Positions 1 to 10,000 of a DNA stretch of 64,000 nt are shown one piece after another. Positions within the stretch are counted from its first letter, which is position 1; every line of letters begins with the position of its first letter. Position numbers and translations under genes: made by a program. Source of the stretch: Balanoglossus misakiensis (lineage: Eukaryota; Animalia; Hemichordata). The stretch is taken from the NCBI GenBank assembly GCA_040954595.2, contig CM082593.2, forward strand, positions 1,498,901 through 1,562,900, read 5' to 3'. The notes beneath the pieces were generated by a model. That model was given only the letters and a program-made list of their open reading frames with translations, made no database searches and was not told the origin of the DNA.

Positions 1-188
1 GTGTCTCTATGTACATGTGGGTTGGTTTGCATGTCAGTGCTGACTGGGTCCAGAATGTCTTCAATGCCCAGTCTCCAGCACAGATCGACATCGATGCCGG
101 AAAACTGCTTGCCCTGGATAATCCGGTGTCTGTGAGAGTCCGTGGGATTGTTCAACAAGTACGGAATGAAAGGCAGAGGTATATGAAG
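1..188 (+). CDS. SEC24C: SEC24C (COPII coat subunit), penultimate coding exon, 5'-truncated by the window edge
   Basis: Translation ...MYMWVGLHVSADWVQNVFNAQSPAQIDIDAGKLLALDNPVSVRVRGIVQQVRNERQRYMK resembles the Sec24 C-terminal gelsolin-like domain. Donor AAG|GTGAGT at 188/189 joins in phase 0 to the next exon. Confidence 0.88.
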
Positions 189-475
189 GTGAGTCTGGAT
201 TTTGGTCATTCTCATGAGGTTTAGGCAGATGTCTGTCAGAGCAAGTCTCAAGTAGGGACTTGCAGATCAGGTTCTGTGTATGCAAGTTGTTTCTCCAACA
301 TTCCTGAACCAATTCCTGTTTGATGCCTTGTGTATTTGTTTCTGTTATAAGTGGCATATTTTGGGGAGGGGACATTTTCAATAAATCAAATTTGTTTAAA
401 CATAATTCACTGATTACTCTGGACATATGTTCGTATCAGCGTAATAAAGCATCATTATCAATTTTGTGTTTACAG

Positions 476-616
476 CTGACGGTGGTTAGACAACGTGATA
501 CTCTAGAGCCGTGGTTCAAACATTTCCTGTGTGAAGACAAAGGTTTCAGTGGTGGTGCTTCCTACGTTGACTTCCTCTGTCACATGCACAAAGAAATCCG
601 GAACATGATGAGCTAA
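476..616 (+). CDS. SEC24C: SEC24C last coding exon
   Basis: Acceptor TTTACAG| at 475. Translation LTVVRQRDTLEPWFKHFLCEDKGFSGGASYVDFLCHMHKEIRNMMS* matches the SEC24C/D C-terminus as I recall it (FKHFLxEDK...GGASYVDFLCHMHKEIR). TAA at 614-616; AATAAA at about 1628. Confidence 0.92.
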   Translation: MTVVRQRDTLEPWFKHFLCEDKGFSGGASYVDFLCHMHKEIRNMMS

Positions 617-1729
617 AACGCAGACTGCATCCCCGGTGAAGTCAATATCCATACTCCTTCTTCCCTCCCCTTCCCCCCTCCCTCCCATCCCAGACAAAGT
701 GGGGGTGTTGTTTTCTTTGTTTGAGGAAAGGCTGATGTTTTGATCTGGTTGAAAACTTTCCTGTTGAAATAGACTAAAATATGCCATTTATAACGTGAAC
801 GAATAATGAGAATAGCTAAAACTTGCCTGTTTTGACTTGTGTCAATAACAGCCCTGAAAACAGTTATATCTGTATTGGTTGTACAGTTATTGAGCGATTC
901 TGAGATGAAGTTAACTAGAATTGGTGCAAGATACCTCCTCCCAACTCGGCCCCCCTCCCCCCCCAAAAAAGAAATCTTACAAGTGGAATACAGAATTGTA
1001 TTCAAAAATATGTACATTCAGATTAAGAATACTAAGAACTGTAGCTTAATTTTTAATACTACAGTTCTTTCAATCTATATTTTTTTCTCTTTTTTGCGAT
1101 TATTTGAAATCAATGATACACATTACTATGTTTAAATAATACTCAATGCATTTTAATTGAACAAGCACACATGGACACAATCAAGCAAAAGTTATCGACA
1201 ACTTTTGAAAGGGATAGAGAATTTTCAATTTCTATTGTATTTTTGCTGCCTTAATTTTAAAACTATATTAGAAAGAATACTGTTCACAAATTGTAAGCGG
1301 GCAAAGCGTCAAATGCCGGAAACCTTGGTAATCTGAAAATGGTTGGAAGCTTAAAATAGCAGACCCACGTACCAAACAAAATTAATCTGATTATCAAGGT
1401 TTGTACACAAGATCATAAACTTCGTGTTTGCCATAATGGCCCACTCATAAAATCTGACAGCAGACGGTTTCCTTCTGTCTGACAACTCTGGAATAAGCTG
1501 ATAACGTCAACGGTATGAGAGAAGAAGAAAATCTTTGTAACTGATGATTTCGGCGTTATTTTTTTATCCTTACTATGTTATGTATGTTACACTAAATGAA
1601 TTCTGACTCTGCAGATAGTTCTTGATAAATAAAGAAATGACAAAAACAGTAATCGGTTTTGTATGTTACGTCGCACGGAGAAACTTGCGATAGATATTAG
1701 GGATGCTAGACATTACTGATGTGGGTTCA

Positions 1730-1923
1730 TTAAAACTTTTCCATTTCACAAACAAAGCCAATAGACTGATAACAACTTGTTTCAATCCATGTCCCATTTG
1801 TAGTATCCATGGCAACGCAGTCATTCGCGTCTGCAAAACCCGCGCCTAGCAACCAATTCTCGTAACTTGTTGCGTCACCACTATCCCAGATGAAAGCGCC
1901 CTCAGTGTCGATATCGTTATAAC
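1730..1923 (-). CDS. Terminal exon, C-type lectin-like domain 3
   Basis: GYNDIDTEGAFIWDSGDATSYENWLLGAGFADANDCVAMDTTNGTWIETSCYQSIGFVCEMEKF*; acceptor TTCCAG. Not in the supplied ORF track. Confidence 0.88.
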
Positions 1924-2996
1924 CTGGAAAATTGATAAACGTCTATTAGTTATAGGGAGACGATCGTCTTATGCGCAGACAGGATTATACAACTGAAGTT
2001 TGATTGTTCATTATGACATTTATTTGATAATGTATAGTTTATTATGTAAATTGGCAAGAAAACTGCACTTACCAATGTATGCCCTGCATGAGATGCACGT
2101 TGAATTTATCAATGACATCACAAACTGATTTTCTAAACTATCCGCTATTGTTACCAGATTTCCTCCGGCGCTGTATTGTTAAAGAAAGAGAAATGCATGG
2201 TTAATCTTAAAGCGAAAATTTGAAAGTTGTTCCCTTGTCACTTTTGATATTTTGTTTTCGGTACGTTCTTCTATTTGTGTTCAAAGTTCCTGAAAACAGT
2301 CTCTAATGGTTTGGTGTTAATGCTTCAGATGAAATACTCACGATTTGCATTTCTGACGGCTTTCCTCGAAGGTTGCACTTGTTGGCTGATAATCATAACG
2401 ATAGCATTTGCTGTCATGTACAGACCATCCTGAGTTTAAAGAACAATTACATATAAATGTATCACCCATCTTATAAGTGAGGTTGATGACGTAATAAGTA
2501 TTTTTACTCAATGACATTCACTACATATTAAAACGTTATATATTGCCAGAGAAAAGTAGTCAATGTCATGTGTCATTTATTAGCGTGTAAATGATAAATT
2601 TGTAGGAAAACTTACCATTGACACATCCACTGTCTTTGTCTATGTCTGTTGAGAAAGCAAAGATTTATATCAATGCATAATAATGGCTGGACCAGTCTGA
2701 CAAGATAACAGTTACTTCAAAATCATGTTCAAGTCAAACGTACAGACAGGAATGTTTATGCCACCTGAAATGTATAGATAATGAACTAAACCTTATTCTT
2801 TCTTGAATTAAACAAAAACGTCGACGAAATCATGAGTTTACCTTCTTGACAAATGAAGTAGTTCTGAGCAGTACAATTATCAGTCGTCCAGAGGTAATTA
2901 TACGATCGTGTCAGTTCTACAAAAACGAGAAACAATTCTCGAGTCAAAATTGTAGCATGACTTAGTTGATAGCAAATGATTAAGCACGATTGTTCT

Positions 2997-3028
<32 letters not shown>

Positions 3029-5910
3029 GTAGCTTACTTGAACAGTTGTTTTTCACCTCCTCTTCATTTACAAACAAATCAAGCCCACTCATAGGAGAGT
3101 TGTCCGCAAACACGAATTCGTCGAGATTGTCATCATAATGCAATCCGAACCACCAGTCTTCCGTCGTTCCGCTTAACAAACATTGGCGACGTAGGAACCA
3201 CTGCAAACAGAAGGTCGTTAACAATAACCATCACTTTCAAAATCGCAATATGTTCTCTCGCGATCGGAATGCGAGCCAAAATAAAACTATTTCAATTTTG
3301 TTGTTTGGTCGCACTAGATCTACCTGCGTGTCTCTTGACTGTATCGTTGCCAATCTTCCCCCGAAGCGGACACACACGTAGTTTGCCATGGTCCAGTCAC
3401 GCGATTCGTTTACCATAAAATAGCAGGTTCCGTTGAGTGAAAACCCGGCGTCGAGAATCCCGCATGCTTCAGTTGCTATCCCTACAAAATGACCAATAAA
3501 TATGTACTTCCAAGTTCCATAGCATATAGAACTCACCCTTGTAAGAGATGATATGTTACATGTATATGTGAGTTCTCTCTGTCTAAAAGTTATGTCTTTG
3601 TAATTAACATACAGAACTTGTTCAACTTTGTACAAGCCAAAGCAGGAAGACCATAATACTTCAGTGCAAAGTTCTTATAGTAGACTGCTATCAATCTCAG
3701 ATATGAACTAACCTGCATCACCGATCTGTGTGGAACATATACGATTCCGCTCTTCGTAACATAAATCGTTATTCATTTTATAGGAAAAATAATCCATCAA
3801 AGCTGAAAGAAGTATTTTGATAACATGAGCAATTTGTGAATACAAGCAACAATTAATTTCTTCAGATATAAAATATTTCTAAATTTTCCACAGAAAACTT
3901 TTCCTATATATTTTTACAAATTTTAATAAAGAACTCACCAATGCAATGTTTATCAGCGCTTTTTTTTGGTTGAGTGTGCCAAAATACATCGGAAGACCTA
4001 TCTAGAACAGTATTGTCCATGTCTACCAACCGAAAATCGCCGTGGTTTTCGAAATCTGTCGCTCCTATCCAGTAGAACCAGCTTCGTGTACCTCCGGTTT
4101 GAAACAAATAGTAAATGGCCAGTTCCTTGGGGAAAACACAAAACAAAGTAAGAGTACAACAGCAGTCACTGCACAGACCTACAAGAAGAAACTCCACTCA
4201 ATTGACGTCGGCTTACGTAGTCTCCACTTTACAGCACTTTGCAAACCCTTCAGTAAGCCATTAAGGATTCATCATAGCCAGCTACTAAGACGACGTATTC
4301 CGATTTCCTTCACCACGTGTTTCTATACAACATTAGCATATTCGAGTATGCGCTTTCTTATTTATGAGACGCTTGCTTTATAAATAAATGTAACGCCACG
4401 GCCAACTTTATGTTAACGATGGTATAGCAAAAATAATATACTTCGAACAACCCAACCGACAGGCGTTTTGAAACGTCATGGTCCGACCATTGTTGAATCT
4501 CAAGAAGATGTTTTACGGTGTACTCACAAGTGTTGCTTTACTGTTTATTAATGCAAGTTGACCTCCTCGTAGAACACAGTCCTGTTCACTGTCAATCCAA
4601 GTCATTCTGTTCGTATCTGATACCCAGAAGCACTGATCATTGTACTTGAAACCCGGTTCGCCAGAAAATGTGCAATTGTCATACCCAGGATACGCTGAAA
4701 CGTGAGAACATGTTAATTTTTGAGAACAATGTCTTTGGTTGTGACACCAATGGATCTGAGACTAGAACTGTGTTATATCAGCTACACAGTTAGAGTCACA
4801 AACTGAACAATTTCACATTTAGCCGCTGAAATTTAATAACACCGACGGGTACTACGCGTTATCGGAATGACGGCTACGTTCACATAGAATCAAGGTCGAT
4901 AATGAAGTATAAAGAGAGCACCATTTGATAACTAGGGGTGGATGGAGGGGTGATGGCAGATGGCGCAGAGGAACAAACATTTTATCTGCAATACCAACTC
5001 CTCCACCCACCCCAGAAATCCAATGGTTCTTCCCTAACTTACGAACTCCCGTGTAATACACAGAGGCTGCCTGTGGTCCACCACACAACAGGTGTTTATT
5101 TCCCGGACAGGGGGTATTACAAGAATTTTCACCAAGAGGTTTCCATTCTTCGTACAAGACGTGACAATAACATACGACGTTGTTAAGTTCGCCGGACAAA
5201 AGCGCAAACCAGGTCCCGTGATTCGAACATTTTTTGAGACATTTCGCCGGGGTCATGGTCAGATCATCGGTAATAACTACCCAGCCACCTCTGCCAGCGT
5301 GATTGTATGTTTTTTTGTTGAAACAGCCCATATAACTGATCTCTGCTAAACTACCTGCCAGATATAAACGAGACACTTCTGTAAGTCCATCAGACGAAAC
5401 AACACGTCGAAAAAATAAGTTTATAAAGGAAACTATTCTTGCCTTATACATTCACAAATGTCTGTCCACAATTTTGCAAACCTGATCATCGTGACAGATA
5501 CCTAAAAGCTGCTCAACTCTTCGACCGCATAAATTATTATTGAAGCGATGATGTTGTATGTCAAACGACTTTCAACTCACCATTTGCGCAATGTTCACGG
5601 GGTTGACCTATACCGCAGTAATCAAATCCAACACCATTGTTGGTGTAACACCACGCCGTGGCATCTTGACTTGGATTGCGACAGAAGTTGTGATCTCCCA
5701 ATCCTCCGTCCGGGTAATTGCTTGGCGTCACGTTGTGTTGGTTTGGTGTTTGCAGTAACCAGTTCTGACAATCATGTCCGTCTTTTGACTTGTTTACTAA
5801 CCCACGGTAATCGCTGCCATTTTCATCATAGTAGCATTCACTGTGCCATTTGCCTAATGGTAGATAGATAGATAGATAGATAGATAGACAGACAGATAGA
5901 CAGACAGATT

Positions 5911-5948
<38 letters not shown>

Positions 5949-6406
5949 GACAAATACTAAGTCTTTGAACCTACCTATATAAAGAGCACGTTGGTCACAG
6001 TTTTTCCCCGTGAATACATCAGTCTTGCAGAGACAAATATATCCTTTGCCATCACACTGTGGTTCACAAACTCCTGGAGGTGAACACGGAGAATTTGCAC
6101 ACGCATCGGCCTGGCAGGATCCGGAAAACTGTAAACGGTAGTGAACCAAAAAGAGGTAACAACAATAGATGGTACTTGTCTTAATTGAATGCAACATTAC
6201 CTGTGTACATGCATGACTCGATAAAAGTAATGGCTTTTCATGATGAGTTGTAGTGGAATGTAATTAATTTTCAGCATAAGGCTTACCTCAGTAGCTTTCT
6301 GATGTGATATGCGTCTTGTCTCAGCTATTCCCATGTAAAATATACTTATTTGCTGTAGTAATAAAACGACTGAGATGAAGACAGCAGGAGATATCAATCG
6401 ACCCAT
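1730..6406 (-). CDS. Secreted multidomain protein: signal peptide, EGF, kringle, WSC, three C-type lectin-like domains (14 exons, 699 aa)
   Basis: GT-AG exons read by hand (minus strand): 6406-6287, 6128-5975 (EGF), 5853-5581 (kringle), 5345-5043 (WSC; alternative acceptor 5354), 4694-4528, 4125-3939, 3802-3713 (CTLD1), 3481-3324, 3200-3038, 2916-2842 (CTLD2), 2645-2616, 2429-2342, 2170-2073, 1923-1730 (CTLD3, ending FVCEMEKF*). All phases are compatible and the total is 2100 nt. Hydrophobic N-terminus; no transmembrane segment seen. Confidence 0.88.
2996..3027. repeat. (AGAC)n microsatellite
   Basis: About 8 AGAC units in an intron, directly visible. Confidence 0.9.
5043..5345 (-). CDS. WSC domain exon
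   Basis: YMGCF...MTPAKCLKKC...FALL...CYC...CNTPCPGNKHLLCGG...SVY fits the WSC pattern; phase 1-1 exon. Confidence 0.88.
5581..5853 (-). CDS. Kringle domain exon
   Basis: ECYYDENGSDYRG...CQNW...GGLGDHNFCRNP...AWCYT...FDYC carries the kringle signature; phase 1-1 exon. Confidence 0.92.
5861..5949. repeat. Compound (TAGA)n/(CAGA)n microsatellite
   Basis: Directly visible; fills most of the EGF-kringle intron. Confidence 0.93.
5975..6128 (-). CDS. EGF-like domain exon of the EGF-kringle-WSC-CTLD gene
   Basis: DACANSPCSPPGVCEPQCDGKGYICLCKTDVFTGKNC shows EGF cysteine spacing; acceptor TTACAG, donor G|GTAGG. Confidence 0.85.
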
Positions 6407-6711
6407 CCTCTTTCTGGATCATTTGATTAACTGCAAGCATCAATTTTGCAACACTTTTAAGACCCATACGTATATGCCATATCTGGCCATTGAGTTATTT
6501 GTTTTTATAGGTGGTGCGGTTGGCTATGAATAATAAATGCGTAACATCCGCACTTTATAACCGATTAAGTGTTAAACCAGTCCTCAGGTTATGAATTTAT
6601 GTTCGGGATCGAAGAGAGAGTTATACATGTATTACAACAAAAGTATATGCTAGTGCAAAAAAGGTTCTTCCTGCTGATAGCTAAAAGTTCTGATACCTGA
6701 GCATTATTAGT

Positions 6712-7056
6712 ATGGATTGGTATGGATTTTTCCAAGAACGTATAGATCTGGAGGCGAATGCTATAACACCCAAGTCACGCTTTGCACAAGCGGTTATGTA
6801 CCAAAACCGCCTCAATTTCCTCCAGCGTATGAAATTCGAAATGGTATGTTCTGTTTTTTATTAATATTTTACCATGAATTGCTATATCGTATGTCAATAA
6901 CTAGGCGACCAAAATATCAGATTACTAAACCTGGATCAAACAGTTATACTCTCTCCCCTTTGGTGCTCGATCGAGTTTCTCGCACGTGTATACCGCTGAC
7001 TTTAATACACAGCTAGCTGAAGGCAAAACAAGGAAACAAATCCACATTGCTAAAAG
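6712..7056 (+). CDS. Candidate small spliced ORF of unknown function (exons 6712-6843 and 7013-7056), 3' end not resolved
   Basis: ATG at 6712 follows an in-frame TGA. Exon 1 reads MDWYGFFQERIDLEANAITPKSRFAQAVMYQNRLNFLQRMKFE with a GTATGT donor at about 6844/6845. A CTGAC branch-like motif and ACACAG acceptor (7012) precede LAEGKTRKQIHIAK, then AAG|GTATGT at 7056/7057. No homology recognised. Confidence 0.3.
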
Positions 7057-7066
7057 GTATGTTTAC

Positions 7067-10000
7067 TTTTTGATGATGTTCATGAGCTATAACCCATGAT
7101 TTTTTTCAAAAATCGACGAGATTTCGCTAAGTCGAAAAATTGTCATTTTTTGATGATTTTCATGAGCTATAACCCATGTTTTTTTCAAAAATCGACGAAT
7201 TTTCGAGATTTCGCGAAGTCGAAACATTGACATTTCTGGATGATTTTCATGAGCTATAGCCCATGGTTTTTATCCAAAAACCACCAAATTTTGAAATTTC
7301 GCGAAGTCGAAAAATTCACATTTCTGGATGATTTTCATGAGCTATAGCCCATGGTTTTTATCCAAAAACCACCAAATTTTGAAATTTCGCGAAGTCGAAA
7401 AATTGACATTTCTGGATGATTTTCATGAGCTATAACCCATGGTTTTTATCCAAAAACCACCAAATTTTGAAATTTCGCGAAGTCGAAAAATTGACATTTC
7501 TGGATGATTTTCATGAGCTATAACCCATGGTTTTTATCCAAAAACCACCAAATTTTGAAATTTCGCGATGTCGAAAAATTGACATTTCTGGAGGATTTTC
7601 ATGAGCTATAACCCATGGTTTTTATCCAAAAACCACCAAATTTTGAAATTTCGCGAAGTCGAAAAATTGACATTTCTGGAGGATTTTCATGAGCTATAAC
7701 CCATGGTTTTTATCCAAAAACCACCAAATTTTGAAATTTCGCGAAGTCGAAAAAATTGACATTTCTGGATGATTTTCATGAGCTATAACCCATGGTTTTT
7801 ATCCAAAAACCACCAAATTTTGAAATTTCGCGAAGTCGAAAAATTCACATTTCTGGATGATTTTCATGAGCTATAACCCATGGTTTTTATCCAAAAACCA
7901 CCAAATTTTGAAATTTCGCGAAGTCGAAAAATTCACATTTCTGGATGATTTTCATGAGCTATAACCCATGGTTTTTATCCAAAAACCACCAAATTTTGAA
8001 ATTTCGCGAAGTCGAAAAATTCACATTTCTGGATGATTTTCATGAGCTATAACCCATGGTTTTTATCCAAAAACCACCAAATTTTGAAATTTCGCGAAGT
8101 CGAAAAATTGACATTTCTGGATGATTTTCATGAGCTATAACCCATGGTTTTTATCCAAAAACCACCAAATTTTGAAATTTCGCGAAGTCGAAAAATTGAC
8201 ATTTCTGGATGATTTTCATGAGCTATAACCCATGGTTTTTATCCAAAAACCACCAAATTTTGAAATTTCGCGAAGTCGAAAAATTGACATTTCTGGATGA
8301 TTTTCATGAGCTATAACCCATGGTTTTTATCCAAAAACCACCAAATTTTGAAATTTCGCGAAGTCGAAAAATTCACATTTCTGGATGATTTTCATGAGCT
8401 ATAACCCATGGTTTTTATCCAAAAACCACCAAATTTTGAAATTTCGCGAAGTCGAAAAATTCACATTTCTGGATGATTTTCATGAGCTATAACCCATGGT
8501 TTTTATCCAAAAACCACCAAATTTTGAAATTTCGCGAAGTCGAAAAATTCACATTTCTGGATGATTTTCATGAGCTATAACCCATGGTTTTTATCCAAAA
8601 ACCACCAAATTTTGAAATTTCGCGAAGTCGAAAAATTGACATTTCTGGATGATTTTCATGAGCTATAACCCATGGTTTTTATCCAAAAACCACCAAATTT
8701 TGAAATTTCGCGAAGTCGAAAAATTCACATTTCTGGATGATTTTCATGAGCTATAGCCCATGGTTTTTATCCAAAAACCACCAAATTTTGAAATTTCGCG
8801 AAGTCGAAAAATTGACATTTGTGGATGATTTTCATGAGCTATAGCCCATGGTTTTTATCCAAAAACCACCAAATTTTGAAATTTCGCGAAGTCGAAAAAT
8901 TCACATTTCTGGATGATTTTCATGAGCTATAACCCATGGTTTTTATCCAAAAACCACCAAATTTTGAAATTTCGCGAAGTCGAAAAATTCACATTTCTGG
9001 ATGATTTTCATGAGCTATAACCCATGGTTTTTATCCAAAAACCACCAAATTTTGAAATTTCGCGAAGTCGAAAAATTGACATTTCTGGATGATTTTCATG
9101 AGCTATAACCCATGGTTTTTATCCAAAAACCACCAAATTTTGAAATTTCGCGAAGTCGAAAAATTGACATTTCTGGATGATTTTCATGAGCTATAACCCA
9201 TGGTTTTTATCCAAAAACCACCAAATTTTGAAATTTCGCGAAGTCGAAAAATTCACATTTCTGGATGATTTTCATGAGCTATAACCCATGGTTTTTATCC
9301 AAAAACCACCAAATTTTGAAATTTCGCGAAGTCGAAAAATTCACATTTCTGGATGATTTTCATGAGCTATAACCCATGGTTTTTATCCAAAAACCACCAA
9401 ATTTTGAAATTTCGCGAAGTCGAAAAATTCACATTTCTGGATGATTTTCATGAGCTATAACCCATGGTTTTTATCCAAAAACCACCAAATTTTGAAATTT
9501 CGCGAAGTCGAAAAATTCACATTTCTGGATGATTTTCATGAGCTATAACCCATGGTTTTTATCCCAAAACCACCAAATTTTGAAATTTCGCGAAGTCGAA
9601 AAATTCACATTTCTGGATGATTTTCATGAGCTATAACCCATGGTTTTTATCCAAAAACCACCAAATTTTGAAATTTCGCGAAGTCGAAAAATTGACATTT
9701 CTGGATGATTTTCATGAGCTATAACCCATGGTTTTTATCCAAAAACCACCAAATTTTGAAATTTCGCGAAGTCGAAAAATTGACATTTCTGGAGGATTTT
9801 CATGAGCTATAACCCATGGTTTTTATCCAAAAACCACCAAATTTTGAAATTTCGCGAAGTCGAAAAATTCACATTTCTGGATGATTTTCATGAGCTATAA
9901 CCCATGGTTTTTATCCAAAAACCACCAAATTTTGAAATTTCGCGAAGTCGAAAAATTCACATTTCTGGATGATTTTCATGAGCTATAACCCATGGTTTTT

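Noticed and set aside
5482-5501. Possible 20-nt micro-exon between the kringle and WSC exons
   Set aside because: It would shift the phase; the flanking exons already join correctly in phase 1.
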